A DNA stretch of 64,000 bases, taken from contig NW_020846492.1 of assembly GCF_003704095.1 (NCBI RefSeq), positions 248,001 through 312,000 on the forward strand, written 5' to 3'. The position numbers and the translations under genes are program-made. The notes beneath the pieces were generated by a model. It saw nothing but the letters and a program-made list of their open reading frames with translations. It was not told the DNA's origin and ran no database searches. The DNA comes from Pocillopora damicornis. Taxonomy: Eukaryota. Below, piece after piece: positions 50,768 through 64,000 of this stretch; the first letter of the stretch is position 1; every line of letters starts with the position of its first letter.

Positions 50768-53700
50768 TTATCTGAATGATGGATGAAATATGTACCTTTC
50801 ATTGATTATCCTACTTCCTTGACGCGCTCCGTTCACGTAACGCACCGAGGAGAGGCCACCGTGATCTCGAAGGTTGAATTTCTCTCCGTATCCCGTGCGT
50901 GCATTCAGACGCGGGTCCGATGAGACTATCCTTGACCCTGGTGCATCATAAAACCCATAATAACTCGACGGGTCGGTAATAAACGAACCACTCTGTGTCC
51001 CTCTTCGACTTGTGGGGCCATCTTCATACGGGATAATAGTTGGGGTGCTGGACAGTTCGTTGGAAGAGTGGTAACGAGATGCACTGTGGTAGCCAGATCT
51101 GCGACCGAACGAGTCGGACGGATCAGTGACGTAATACGAAGTACCTGCATTCCCCTCTCTGCTAGGCCTGGATGATGTCACGTACCCTTGAGGCCCAGAG
51201 GTCGAAGATACGAGGTAATTTCCGGAAGTACTCGATACACCTCGTTGCTCGGAAGTCTTGCCATGGTAGGAGCTACTCGTCATGTTTTGTCCAGCTTGTT
51301 TCAGACTAAAACGTTGTGGTCGAGGCGGGACAGCGTGTACAGTAATGATCATCTTTCCATCTTCTGCTCGGGTTGTAGCCGCGTGACTTGTGGTTTTGTG
51401 GCCTTCGTGGATTCTCTGAATGGTCTTCACTGGAAACGCTGGTGGTTGGGAGTTGCGACGCAGAACTATTTCGTTGCCTGTAACCTTTAAGTAACAAAAA
51501 TAGTAACGGAACAGTTATGAAGAAATCATGACGTGGTTTTGATTAATAGTTTTTAAAGTTGAGTTCAAAGTTATATTGGGTCTGTTAACACCCTAAGTAT
51601 TCGTTATTCTTCATCAAATGAACACGGTTAGTTCCAAAATATCATAGGGTGTCTTTGAACGTTTTGTTTTATTAACCAACATACCTTTGAGCTGCTTTGT
51701 GGCTGCCTTACCACAATCTCCTGGTGACCACTTTGAGCACGGTTCTGGGATCGATGAGCGTCAGCACATGTCAACAATATCTTCCCTCTGTAATATCGTG
51801 CGCCCACGATATAAGGACATAGACTACTGGCAGCGGCTTTTCGTCTTCGTCTCATGCTCCCGGTTCTTCTCATCTCTCTAGCGACGCGTATCTTGTTAGA
51901 TTTAGCAGCGTTTTGCTCTTGTATCTTGAATTTGATTGGTGTGCGCGCTTTTCCATCTTGCTGTTGTCCTTTGTAGTGACTGGTATAGTACATGCCGTCT
52001 TCGCACTGGTCTCCGCTAACTGGGACCGTAACGATACCATCCGACTAAGAACAATAAAACAGATGAATAAAAACTCATCGACAAAACTGACGATTCGACT
52101 GCATGAAACGAGCGATGAATTACACTTATTTTTTGCCAATTTTGCTTGTCTTGGTCCTAAGCACTGACAAGTATGATCGAATTTAGCTGGAAATTCTTGC
52201 TTCTCATTTCCTATAATTTAACTGGTTCAGTTAATGTAGTGACCTTTGTAAACTTGGAGAATTAAGTTATTGTAGTATGAATGAAAATCAGCCAAAACTC
52301 CTCAGTTTTTCGTGGAACATTTGGGAGGTATGAGTATAGATGCTTTTCAAGTATCCACTTAAATAAGATAAAGTTACCTCAAAGATGTCATTTTTCTTCT
52401 GTAGGATCCTCCCCCATGTTTTCCTAATCGAAAAATAACGATATAATCGCAATCATAAAAGTGGTGGAGTATTGAATGCGCTATCACTAAGATAAGCTAT
52501 CAGCAGTACTGACTAGATTTTCATACTGCGGCTCGGAAGGGGGCAAAAGCGAAGGAATCTTTCGCTTCAGTTTGTTCTCTTTCCAATTTGAATGAGGAAG
52601 AGAGCAAACTGAAACGAAAATAAATCCAAAATAAACCAAGTCCCTCTGACCAGTTGTTTCTACCTTGACTTGAGAGGCTCGTACAAGATAACTAGAAGAG
52701 GAAGATCAGTTCTATGCTCTTCCACAATTGCTTGGGGTGCCGAAAACTACTTTCCATCTACTTTTCACGAGAATAATCCTCAAAACATACCTTCCTTTAT
52801 CACCAACTTTAATTTTCACAACTCCATTCTCTACTCTAACAGCATCCGCTCCATAAACATCATCAACTTTAATTGTTCTGATATAGGGCTCTGTAGTCTC
52901 CTTTGTCTCTCTCAGTACTATTGCTTTCTCTTCCGGCGCAGCTTGAGCAATAATGCATTGAGGGCGACGATGTTTTTCGCGTCTTCCTCGCACTCTCACG
53001 AGAACGTCAACGGGATCGTCTTTGTACTGTCGTATTTTCGGATACCTTCGGAGGGATCTGAGAGTTGACACAATATCATCAGAATATGTTTTTTTTCGAT
53101 GCTCTTTTAAAGTACTAAAGCTTCATTGATTGGTTCTTCAAGTTATACCCCTAATTCTGTTGTTTTTCTTTTAATGTAACAGAAAAGATTCTTAGGAATT
53201 AGCCCTTACATTCCCAGAAATTAGGAACATATGACGTCTTTATATAACACCAAATTTGTTAAATTAATCATATTACGATGAAACGTGTAGCATACATAGG
53301 GGATGACAAACAATTAAGCCTTGGATTGAGGGTTATCTGAAAATTCTAATCTGGACAAGACCTTTACCGTGTAAACCAAAGTTTTGACTATGAATCCTCG
53401 AAAAATATTTCTAACAAGAGCAAGATCATGCTTGCTGTAAGGAATTGAATACATTATTCATATGCATGAATAATTTCTTTCGACTTTACCTCCGATGGAA
53501 GCTTCGTCTTCTCACCGGCCCCACGTGGAACATTCTGTCAACGTCCTCGGCAGTGTATGCGTTCCACGGACTCCAATTTCCAATTTTTAGTAAACGATCT
53601 ACGTCTTCAGCTGTGAAAGCGTTCCACCACTCTTGCACGTCCTTTTTCGGTGATATGGTTTGTTGGTGACTGTCTACTTGGATCATGGTGACACCATTGT

Positions 53701-56700
53701 CTCTCACTTGTTCTCTGTCCACCTATTCAATCAGAAATGATTTTAAAACAATTGACAACATGGCTAATCCGCTTGAGCAGAAGCTGGCTAAAGGTTTTGT
53801 TTTTTAGGTAACGTCCCAACTGACGAAAACGCAAATTCTTTAAAAAAAATAAATAAATAAAAAATTAAAAAAAAAATATATATATATATAGATGAGAGGC
53901 CTTGTAGTAAGATCTATAACAAGAAGTATTTCAGATCATAATGTCTGTATCGTAATATGTAGAGGTTGTCTACTTTTACATAAATCTTAATGTCTTCAAA
54001 TAACCTGATCATCCGTACAAAGTTTCAAACTGTTAAGTAGCAGATAAAGTTTTCTTCTGTGATCATAAAATGAGCCCTTTTTACCTCCTCAATTTGAGTA
54101 GTTCTTCTGTAGTCTATAGGAACGCCTCTTAATTCCTTTAGCCTGTCTCGCTCGTCTACAATCGAGTCTTGCCGTTGAACCACAGTAGTTACAACATTTT
54201 GTTGAACATCAGGAGGGGTCATCGTCTGTGCGTCACACATTTGTTTCATAACAGCAGGCTTTTGATCTGGTTTACTCGTCGGAGATATGACCTCTTCTGC
54301 ATGGGACTGCGGTGTTGTTCTTACATCATCTTGAATACTGCTGATCTGTCTGAGAGTACTGGCTGTGCTGGTCTGTCTACTGATTTGGCGACTTATTGTC
54401 TCGGATGTGATACTCTGTAATAAGTAAAAAGTATATCAATTCCAAAGTTCCATTAAATTTTTCTATCCGGTGACTAACCCAAGTTTTGTTTCACGTCGCT
54501 GATAGGGAACGTACTTTTTTGCTACTAAAAGTTGTTTTCAGGGAACTCGACACATAATAACAGCACGTCTTCCCAATGAAGGTTAATATTCTCATAGGGT
54601 TACCAGTACAGAAAATTGATTGAATAAAAAAATGATACCTTGAGAGTTTGATTGATGGTGAAGGTGTAAATAAAAAACTCTACATGTATGAGTGACAGAC
54701 CATGGTGTAGGCGGAAAAGACGTAGACCGAGGCAGAGTGGGGACAAGACTCTGGACGAATGAGTTGCAACTAAGATAGATTCGAGTGGCAATATTTAAAA
54801 TATTGCTCTTCCTCTTTTCCTTTCATGACCCATGAAATGCTTTCATTCAATGTGCACTGAGAATAGCGACATACCTCTCTTTTCCCAAGTGAGTCTGGAC
54901 CATCAACCTCTGATCCTGAACCTGGTTTGAATTCGGTTGGTTGGTACCTCTTAATATGAACTGGAGGTTTGATATCAACATCTGGTTTCCTCTCTGAGTG
55001 GTCATCCACATACCTTTCAAGTTTCATTCGAGCTCTTCTATCATCCAGTGTATCAACCTTGTCTTTTAGCTGCTCAATTTTCTTCCGGAGCTCACCAATA
55101 ACAGGTGATGTCTTGATCTCCTTATACTCTGGTAATGGAGCATCGATTTCCTCGCAGAAACGAGTCTTGTTTTCCTCTGATATATGCTTGTCTTCGCGGG
55201 TGCTTGTCCTTCTTGGTGAAGGTTTCGACCTCTCAGGAATGTGTCTTGGAGACTCAACTTTTGAAGATAATGATCTAGGGGTATTGTCTTCCCACCTCTT
55301 CCGAGAAATAACGGAATCATCTCTGATTGTTTTTCTAGTGACAAATTCATCATTTGAGTGAACCCTGACCGACCTCCTTTCATCTCTCTCCCGCCAGTCT
55401 TCATAACCAGGTTCGCCCTGCAATCCCTCTGGAGATGAAGCGGGATATTTACGTCCGTGAGTGACACTTTCGTATCTTGAATAAGGCAGCCGTACGGTAT
55501 CATCCCGTGGTCGAGGTAGAGCAGCTGGCTTTGGTATTTCCTCATATGACCGTCTCAGTATGGAGTCTGGTATGCCGTTTTCTTTATCACCCATTTCTCT
55601 GTAATAATAGGCTGAACGACCCTCTGTGGAAATGCTTCCGCGGGAATGTCCCTGTACAGAACTTGGGCCACCCCTGGCTTCTTTACTTGATGATATGGAG
55701 ACGATAGAGTCTGCCTTAAACACTCGCTTATTTGCATATGCTTCAGCGGATTGAAATTTAGAAGAGTTGCTTGGATCGGTCGAAATATCTCGTGGTGTGG
55801 TCAAGAGATTTTCTCGTTCTGTTGACCCATTTTCGTTTTCTTTGGGCCATAGGGGTGGCCTCGTAGAACGCACAGACACAGCTCCCTCGGTGGTCCTTGT
55901 GGAGGATGGAACAGTGCGATCAGAGAATGGATGGAAGTAGTCTGCTGGAGGCCTTAGAGGCACTTCATCTCCAATAGACTTTTCAACATTTCGGAATTCA
56001 TTTCGTAACTTTGGCTGGTCATTTCTTAAGCTGCCTCGTCGTCGAGTTATTTCGTCTTCTTTAGGATTTTTAGCATCACCAAACCTCTTTGTTTCTTCAT
56101 TCCTCGACACATCCTTAAACACAACTCCATCGTTATTGGACACGTTATATCTCTCGACCAAAGTTCTGCTAATTCCACCATGACGAACATCTGCCATATC
56201 CTCCATTCTTCTGTCTGGAATGATTATTTCAGTAATAACATCCGAGGTCCGTTTGGGGAAAGAAGGCATTTTCTCCGCTTCAGCTTTCAATCTTGCAATG
56301 TCTTCTTTGAGCCTGTCTTGTATAGAGGGTTCTCGACTTCTCCATCTCGAAGAAATGTTCGCAGACGCTGGTCTTAACGAAGGTGGTGGAACATAAGGTT
56401 TTACGTGGTCTCGTGTCAACGTTTCAGCTTTGAGCTTTGCAATGTCTTCCTTGAGCTTGTCATGAATGGTGGGTTCTTGGCTAAACGAATACAGCTTCAC
56501 ATCTTTCTTCGTTGTCCGATTTTCGGCTTCGGCCTTGAGTCGAGCTATATCTTCTCTTAGCTTGTCACGGGTTGACGATCTCATTTCTCCCATTCTTGAA
56601 TCTCTCCTGTTTGTCTCATCACGGCGAAAAGAACCTTCACGGTCGAAGTTTCCTTGACGGTGCAGAGCTCTAGATCGATAGCTTGGATACACCTGTTTAT

Positions 56701-57970
56701 CCTCATAGGAAGGCCTTAACTCTTCTGAAGACCGGCTTCGCAGCCTTGAAAGAGATGAGGAGCGTCCATTGCGATCAGCGCGGTTCCAACGATCAACAAA
56801 ACCTGCATTTCGATCAAGTGATCCTGTGCGCCTGCTTTCCCTCGAAAAACGCTTGTCATCGTCAGAACCTGTGGTTCCAAAATCTGATAAAGACCTGGAA
56901 TGAGACAAAAACTCACTTCTCCCAGGAACCTCTCTAAAGATTCCTGATCTATCTCTTTTCTTTTCATTTAGGCTTTCAGTAGAACGGGAGCGTGCCTTGA
57001 TTTCTCTTGGGAAAATTCCCCAATCACTTGCTTTACCATTCTGCATAACTGTATGAACATCAAACGTCTCTCGCCTGCCAACGACGTCGTCTTTCTCTGA
57101 TTTGGAAGTAATTGTTAAGGTCGTCTTTCTGTGCGAATCGCTGTCTCCGTGTTTACCAGACAAATTCACATGCGCCTTCGAGGTGTGTTTCGATATATCA
57201 ATGCTGTCGTCTTCAGAAAACTTTTTGGAAAGTCTTTCTCTATCTAGAGAATTAGATGCGTCCTTTCTTTCCAAAGCTCTTCTCAGAATGTTTATATTTT
57301 CCGAATTGATGGTCGTAGGACCACCATTTTCCTTGTCTGCTTCTTTAATGCTCTGTAAAGAACTTCTACCCTTGAGGCTACTAGAAGAGTCTGTTGATCT
57401 GTCATTCCTCCAGCTTACTCCTTTGGCAGCGCGCAATTCAGCAGCAGCAGCCTTATAACTTGTCGCTCGGATGGATTCTCCATTTTCTCCGGCGATATTG
57501 GTTTTCTGGTCAACACTTCTGTCTTTTCTAAAACCGACACTCGATCGATAAAAGGAAGAAATAACATCTTCGCTTTTATCAGCCAGTTGATTCACTTTTG
57601 CGGCATCTCTGAGGTATTCGTCTTTGGAGTATGAAGAGTAAAATGAAGAGATCGGATCCGTTGTTGCTTCTCTGCCTGAATATCCAGGTAAATCTCTCGA
57701 TTTAACGGATTGAATTTTTTCGCTCGTTCTGTAAGAAGAGGTTGACCTTTTATCGATGACACTTCTTGTCACAAAAGATTTTGTTGTGTTTTCAGAGACC
57801 CGTTCAGAAGCTTCCTTGGTGGGATAGATTTCCCTCTCAATCTTATCTTCTTTGGGCCCTATGCATAGGCTTGATATGAACGAGGGTCTTCCGGCCTCGC
57901 GACCTGTTTTGGCATCGTTATATTCCCGGACATCTTCTGTCCCAGATGAATAGCTCTTCTTTGAGTACAT
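50768..57970 (-). CDS. Large R/S/D/E-rich, probably disordered uncharacterised protein (~1683 aa, 8 coding exons)
   Basis: Frame-consistent exons 57970-54875, 54414-54085, 53722-53490, 53057-52791, 52691-52664, 52398-52378, 52044-51685 and 51484-50768. The first coding exon is open for 3.1 kb. No domain was recognised. Confidence 0.72.
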
Positions 57971-60900
57971 TGCTTGGTGATGTTTTTAGTGCTTAAGACA
58001 TTCGAACGCCTAATGATATCCTGAAATAAGGCACCCTGGATTGTCCTGAGAAAAAAGGAATCGACTATTAGTTACAACTAATAATTCGTCGTTAAAGCTG
58101 TCTAACATCTATCTATGTCACTTTTCCCTTTAATTTCCCAAGTTTGTTTTGCACTCTTCAAACTCCTTATTAACCATGAGAAAACGCTTTATCGTGGTTT
58201 CGTGCTAAAGTGGAATTAGAGGCGTTCATTAAAAGGTGTCTTGACTCGCGCAAAAACATCCCCCAATATCGCGTTCGTGAGCTTGACGCATTTCCGTCAA
58301 TAGCACTCCAGCACCTTTCTATGAAATCGATGGGAAGTTATGAGAAATACATGACAAACTGAAGCGGACTTAATTTACTTTGTGCTGAGAGACAATGAAA
58401 CAGGAAAGGCAACAGTTTCGAGCATTAACTTAATAATTTAAATATTCCTGGTTCATTAAAATCAGGTTTCAAAGAACAAGACATATTTCAACAATTTTAG
58501 TCCAAAAATAACGAACTGGGGTATTGTTTAATTAATGAATTTAAAAAATTTCGTATCCCATAATGTCAAGGAGTTATTTGGAAAATGATTGCAGGACGAA
58601 GGAAGTACTTTGGTCTTTAAGTATCCAATGGGCATCTGTTGACAGGTTTTGCGGCATTTTAGGCTTTGATCAGTCAAAAGTTCCCACCTTGGGGTTTTGT
58701 GAGTAATTAACATATAAGTAGTAAAACAATACAGGGCAACATCTTCGACGAAATGTCAGTTAAGGCCATGAATATTTTTTTTCCCGTCAGCAATTTAAGG
58801 ATGTCACATAAATAAGTCTCTGTTGCATTTACGAGATCTTAAACCAACGGCTTAATGAATTGGACCATAGCTCAAAGGACAATCAGGAAAGAAATCTGGA
58901 GTGAACATTTTATTTTGGGCCAATATAAATTAATGAAAGCTTTTTCAGCTGTGTGCATTAAATATTCTGGAATGCTGTTGTATATATAATAGCCCAAGAA
59001 TCTAAAAGGCCAATCAAAGGCAGCAGGCAGCAGGCAATTAAAAAAATAATAAATTTTACATGAACACGTGGAGATTATGGTTGTTCTGCTTTGTGCGTTC
59101 TGCTCTAGCAAACGATTTTGTATCAAATGACTTTTCTATTTGTCAGATATCTTTTTTGCCTAACGGCTTCGATCTACAATGACATGGTCTGGAAACCATA
59201 TGGCTTCTACAAGTTTGCTATTTAAGTCACAACTGGTTAACCATCTATTTGTTCTTTACGGCATCTTCGAACACATGTGGGCGAGTCTCTAACTTTCCGA
59301 GCACTCCCAATATACGGGTTTTCCAAAATTAGATCTCTTTATAGCGGACATATTATTAATGAAAATGTTAGTACTTAATTTGATTGAAAGGGTAATAGCA
59401 AGTGTTATTTTTTAAAGTACCATTGCGTTCCTCTCGATATTTCAGTAAAAGATGACTGATTTAGAAAACGATATAGGTTCGTCAGTGTTGTCTTTACTGA
59501 AGTTTTTTGTAAGGGGTAGATTTACGAGTCGTGTTGGGTATGTCCAATCTTCTCTTTTGCAATATTCAAAGATTTCGCTTTACCTTATCCCATATCCCCT
59601 AATGTTCAATCATTGTTTACGGATGTCTCGTAAACAATTCCTGCGCGGTATTGACTCAGTTCAAGAAAGATATTGACTTAAATCGCAAATCTCTTAATTG
59701 GAATAAGAAAGCAGTCTTCTAACAATAACTAAGCATTAAATACCTTGCGAACAATTCAAAGTTAATTGAAAAAACTGATTGCTTTGTAAAAAATCCGTTC
59801 AGTTGGTTTCTATGATATTAATGATGCTAATTGGTGATGATGAAATTATATAAACGTGACGGATTTCCACGTATCAATTTTTTAAATTCAATTTTCTGAA
59901 CAATTAACTTCGCAATCTTGCAGTATAACTACCGCTATTTGATTAAGTAACAAATGTTTTCAATTGATTTATCGTCCCATTTAAAGTGAAAGACTAATAG
60001 AATAAAGATTTCTTTTGTTAATTTTTTTTACCAAATAAAGTGATGCTTGAACTAATAAGAACTACAAATTCTCAATTTTCTTACTTTCCGTTACTAGAAA
60101 GCGAAATGGTGCATAGATTGAATTAGCAAACTTTTGGTAAGGAAAAAAAAAATACACAAGCTTAATCTCCTTCATCTGCTGATTTGTAAAGATTCGAATG
60201 AGCTCATCAACTTCCCTCGGATGTGGGATCTCTGAGATGTAAGTCTGCATCGCGGTGAAAGCAATTTAGAAGCGTCCTCTAGTCCGAGGTTTTGTGGAGT
60301 TTGGTCAAAATACAAAGCAGCACAGGACACCTACCTTATGTTTGAAGCCGCCAGGAGATCAACGAAATCAAGAGCAGGCGAAAGGTGCAATGTTCTCCAT
60401 AAGACACGACGCCTACGATTGATGAACTGAGTGTTGTTGTCATGAAACCTTGCATGCTGTAAGAATTAATGAGCATTCAATATAATAATATCCGTGTGAG
60501 AAAGCTGTCTTTCCACATCATTGGCTCTCTATAGTATGTTACAGGAGGGTTAATCCTTCATCAAAACAAAGAACAGTATTACGTAGTCTTGGGTAACTTT
60601 GATCACCCAGGAAAATCATGCAATTGCTAAAGTCAAGCAAAAACCCAAGTTATTTAAAGATGGATGTTTAAAAGATGACCAGTTTGAGATACGAGGTTAG
60701 TTAAAAATGATCAGGTTTAACCTTTAAGCAGTCAAGAAGCCATGGAGCATTTTGAATATTGCTTTCGCGTTGAGATAAGTAAACTAAAACCTATACTTCT
60801 CAGTTGGAGGAAACTCAGTGTTACACTTTATCCAAAACAGCCCTTACTTTATTGACTGCTACGGTAATTGAGAGATATCAATTTACTTCATAATTAAACA

Positions 60901-62883
60901 ACTAAGAAAATAACGATCAAAGGTTAAAACGCAAAGACCTCTTTGAAAATTAGGTTTATGGAGGAGCTGTATTGGCTTTCAAACAAAATTTGACGAAATC
61001 GCTAATGCTTAGCTAATTATTAATTCATGAGAAAACGCGACGGTATCTACAGACAGGAAGTTTCGCAAAGAGTTTTCCTTCCGTAGTCACAACCCAGAAT
61101 TTTCCACAATTTTCTTTTCCAACCACTGAGAGTAAAAAGCATTCATTGAGTTTGCGGCTTCCCTGGCATTTTCATCTCCGTGCATGGAAGGAGATTATTG
61201 GTCCAAAAGTATATAAGGGTGTTTGTATGTACGGGAATCCGGAAATATTGGTCAAGAAAAACCGAAGTTAACGGTTAGATTAAACTTTTTTTTCGCGAGA
61301 CAAAATTTAAAAAATTGTGAGGTATTTTTTTTGCATGGGAAATTGAAATTCAGCCGTCCAAAATGTGGTGTTTGGAAGTGTAAGCATCTGAAATGTTTTA
61401 AGGAAGAGTGTAATAATGTCATCTTTCAAGACCATTTTTGGGCTAATCAATGGTTTAAACTCATCGGGAAAGCAGGTGGTAAGTTCAAAATAGCAGTCGC
61501 TATTGTGTAAGACCGTTCTTAAGTGATCACGTACAAAATAACGCCGAGTGTTTTTTGTCCTCTTCCGTTTTAGGAACTGTGCCCAATTCGCTTTCTTTAT
61601 AGTCTGCGAAGTTAGTTCTTTGGAATGTTCTAAACGACGCAGAGAAACTATTTTTAGAAAGAAATATGGGACTGAGCCATACAAGTAGAACCATTTTCAA
61701 TTTTAAGGTCACTTTTTCGTGGGCTTTGCTTTGGATACTTATAATAGTATTACAAGTTCCTTAGCTACGTACGAGAAATTGGTCAGATATTGTTGGCGAC
61801 TACGAAGAAAAATGAATTTTAATTCAATTTAAATCCTTTTCCTTATTCCTTTTTGAATATTTACGAACGCAACTCTCTGCCTCGTTAAGCCCATTATTTT
61901 CAAGCAAACTTTGATTAGAAATTCCTTGCGATTAAACAAAATAAAAGCCTGTGGGCGTTATCTGGATATAAGATCAAACTCTTTCAGTAGATTATCAATG
62001 AAATATTCAGCATCTTGAAAGTCAGTAGAGCTGTGAATCAGATGCCCTGGCTTGAAACTTGAACTTCCAGTTGTGATGATAATATAGTAGCGGCAAACAA
62101 GTGAGGAGAATAGATAAAAATATTACCCAGGATTGATAACATTCTTAATTCCCTTTACCAACTTATAAGGAGATGTATAGCAGGCAGAGGGAGGAATTAA
62201 AATTCAGATCTTGGGAAGTACAAGATATTCAATGTACAAACGGATATGCAGTATTTCCATAACTGTCATTGCCCAAGCCTTTCTTTTGCCTCATAAGTAT
62301 GGCAATATTTTCGTTATTAATAGCACAAAATATAATTAATACTTAATAATTGATTTATTTTGATAGGTTTCCAGAATGACGGAAAACTGGCCCTTAATTT
62401 CTCATTCACGACAATAAGTAACCGAGAGTCTAAAGGAAACGACTTGAGGGAACTAGAAGAGTGAATTTTTCATATCATTGGTACTCTGCCGGAAGTCTGC
62501 CGGGTTAAGAATACCTAAATATTTTAAATAGCGTTGCACTCTATTAACGTCTCTGAGTGACAGATTGTATGTTAAAACTATCGAAGATTATGATATGATA
62601 TGTAAACCGTAAACTAAACATAAAATTCATGGTTCATTAGATTATTGATTATTCCAAGAGCGTTGAAAATTTTATTATTTGAACAATACTCAACTAAAAG
62701 ATGGTGCTCACATTACTTTGATTGCGCACCCTGACCCAGCTTTCTCACCCGTCCCTGTTAACTAAGAGCCTGAACTCTAAGGGCCTGCTTCGACTATAAA
62801 CTATTGTGCATCAAAGATTTTTGCATTGGCTAAGTCGCGAGCTATGGCTTTACATTTTTGTGCTTCGGTTTATTTGGCACTCT

Positions 62884-62983
62884 NNNNNNNNNNNNNNNNN
62901 NNNNNNNNNNNNNNNNNNNNNNNNNNNNNNNNNNNNNNNNNNNNNNNNNNNNNNNNNNNNNNNNNNNNNNNNNNNNNNNNNNN
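62884..62983. other. Assembly gap (100 N)
   Basis: Run of N. Confidence 1.
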
Positions 62984-64000
62984 ATTCTGGGCATCTGTTA
63001 ATTTGACATTTGTCAATTTGAATAGGCTCAGCTCGTTATCTTCTTCAGCCGCCATATGGTACGTTGGCATTTCCTTCCTGCACCTAACCGGAAGCAATAG
63101 CTTCAGTGAGCCTCATCGAGTTTCTTGTCACCAGCGGTTTTCAGAAGAAAGTTTCGTGCTCAGGGTATTTCCTCGCAAAGAACCGTGTCTGTCACACGTT
63201 AAATGCATACGAAAATGAGTGAAATAAATGTTTTACGAACTTCTTTGACCGACAATGCGATAAATCTGCGTAGTATGAGCTTCTCCCAATCAATTTATAA
63301 TTTTCAAATCTGCCTTGTTCACGAAAACCGTCCGTAAATTGTTTTCAATTCGCTTTCCGGCGGGTATACGAGACACATCAGGTTTGTAACTTTTGGAATG
63401 GAAGTATAAGTTCAACCCTAAGACTTTATCGTGGAAAAGAGGGCTTAGTTGCCAAAAAAGCTACTTCTTGTGTATTCCAACGAAAGTTCAATATATTTGA
63501 AAACCAACCTTAACGTTCAAAGAATTTAACTCAAAATTGTAAAATAAGTTCAGCTTTCTTTACACAGCCGAGGCGAAAACACGAACTTATGACGAATTTT
63601 TTATTGCATGGTCCGGTCCTTTGAACGCTGACTCATTCATCACTCAGTGCATATGAATGTGTTTTGCTTTATTGAGTATGTTGTGTCTGTTCTGTGTTAC
63701 CTTACTACAATTTACAAACTACGTTGTAAAATGTGCATTACAGAGTTGCCTTACCGTTTCAGGTACAATTATATTTAGTACTTAAAAGTCAACTGCATCC
63801 TGAATTACTTCTCTCTTATTTCAAAGAACAAATTCCGTTTCTAAAAGATAACTTTAAAAACTTCCAGGTCATCAATTTGAAATGGACTCGTGCCACAGAA
63901 AAATGTCTTTTTATTAACATTGTCCGGACACTTGAAGCCAAAACCGAGGTCAAGATTGTTACCGATTGTTGACCAGACTTGTAGATCATAACACTGTGTG

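Noticed and set aside
54639-54769. Possible extra exon of the orphan gene
   Set aside because: The candidate borders give a stop codon or phase mismatch, and the flanking exons join in frame without it.
58050-62800. Short ORFs upstream of the orphan gene
   Set aside because: No homology or consistent splice chain; probably a 5' UTR intron or intergenic DNA.

Overview
Eukaryotic, AT-rich, intron-rich animal DNA. Gene content and repeat families suggest a scleractinian coral or other anthozoan (inference). Seven protein-coding genes were reconstructed by hand from splice signals. (1) Minus strand, <279..11368: secreted mosaic protein (SP-FN2-CBM67/lectin-like-F5/8C-VWA-TSP1-TSP1-VWA...) that runs off the left end. 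(2) Minus strand, 13980..16387: Asterix/WDR83OS, absent from the ORF track. (3) Plus strand, 16753..20282, head-to-head with gene 2: a protein with a signal peptide, two tandem complete avidin domains and a C-terminal GPI-type hydrophobic tail. This is the most notable element in the window. (4) 24391..25287: intronless class A GPCR. (5) 27369..42886: UBE3C HECT ligase, about 29 exons, one GC-AG intron. (6) 43063..45806, head-to-head with UBE3C: a Tyr-type glutathione S-transferase with an N-terminal signal/anchor peptide. (7) 50768..57970: a ~1683-aa low-complexity orphan protein with internal motif repeats. Introns and intergenic DNA carry many TTAA-flanked piggyBac-like MITEs (some nested), other MITEs, tRNA-like SINEs, a Gypsy LTR+gag fragment, and palindromic retro-repeats with degenerate minimal hammerhead ribozyme motifs. 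There are two 100-N assembly gaps.
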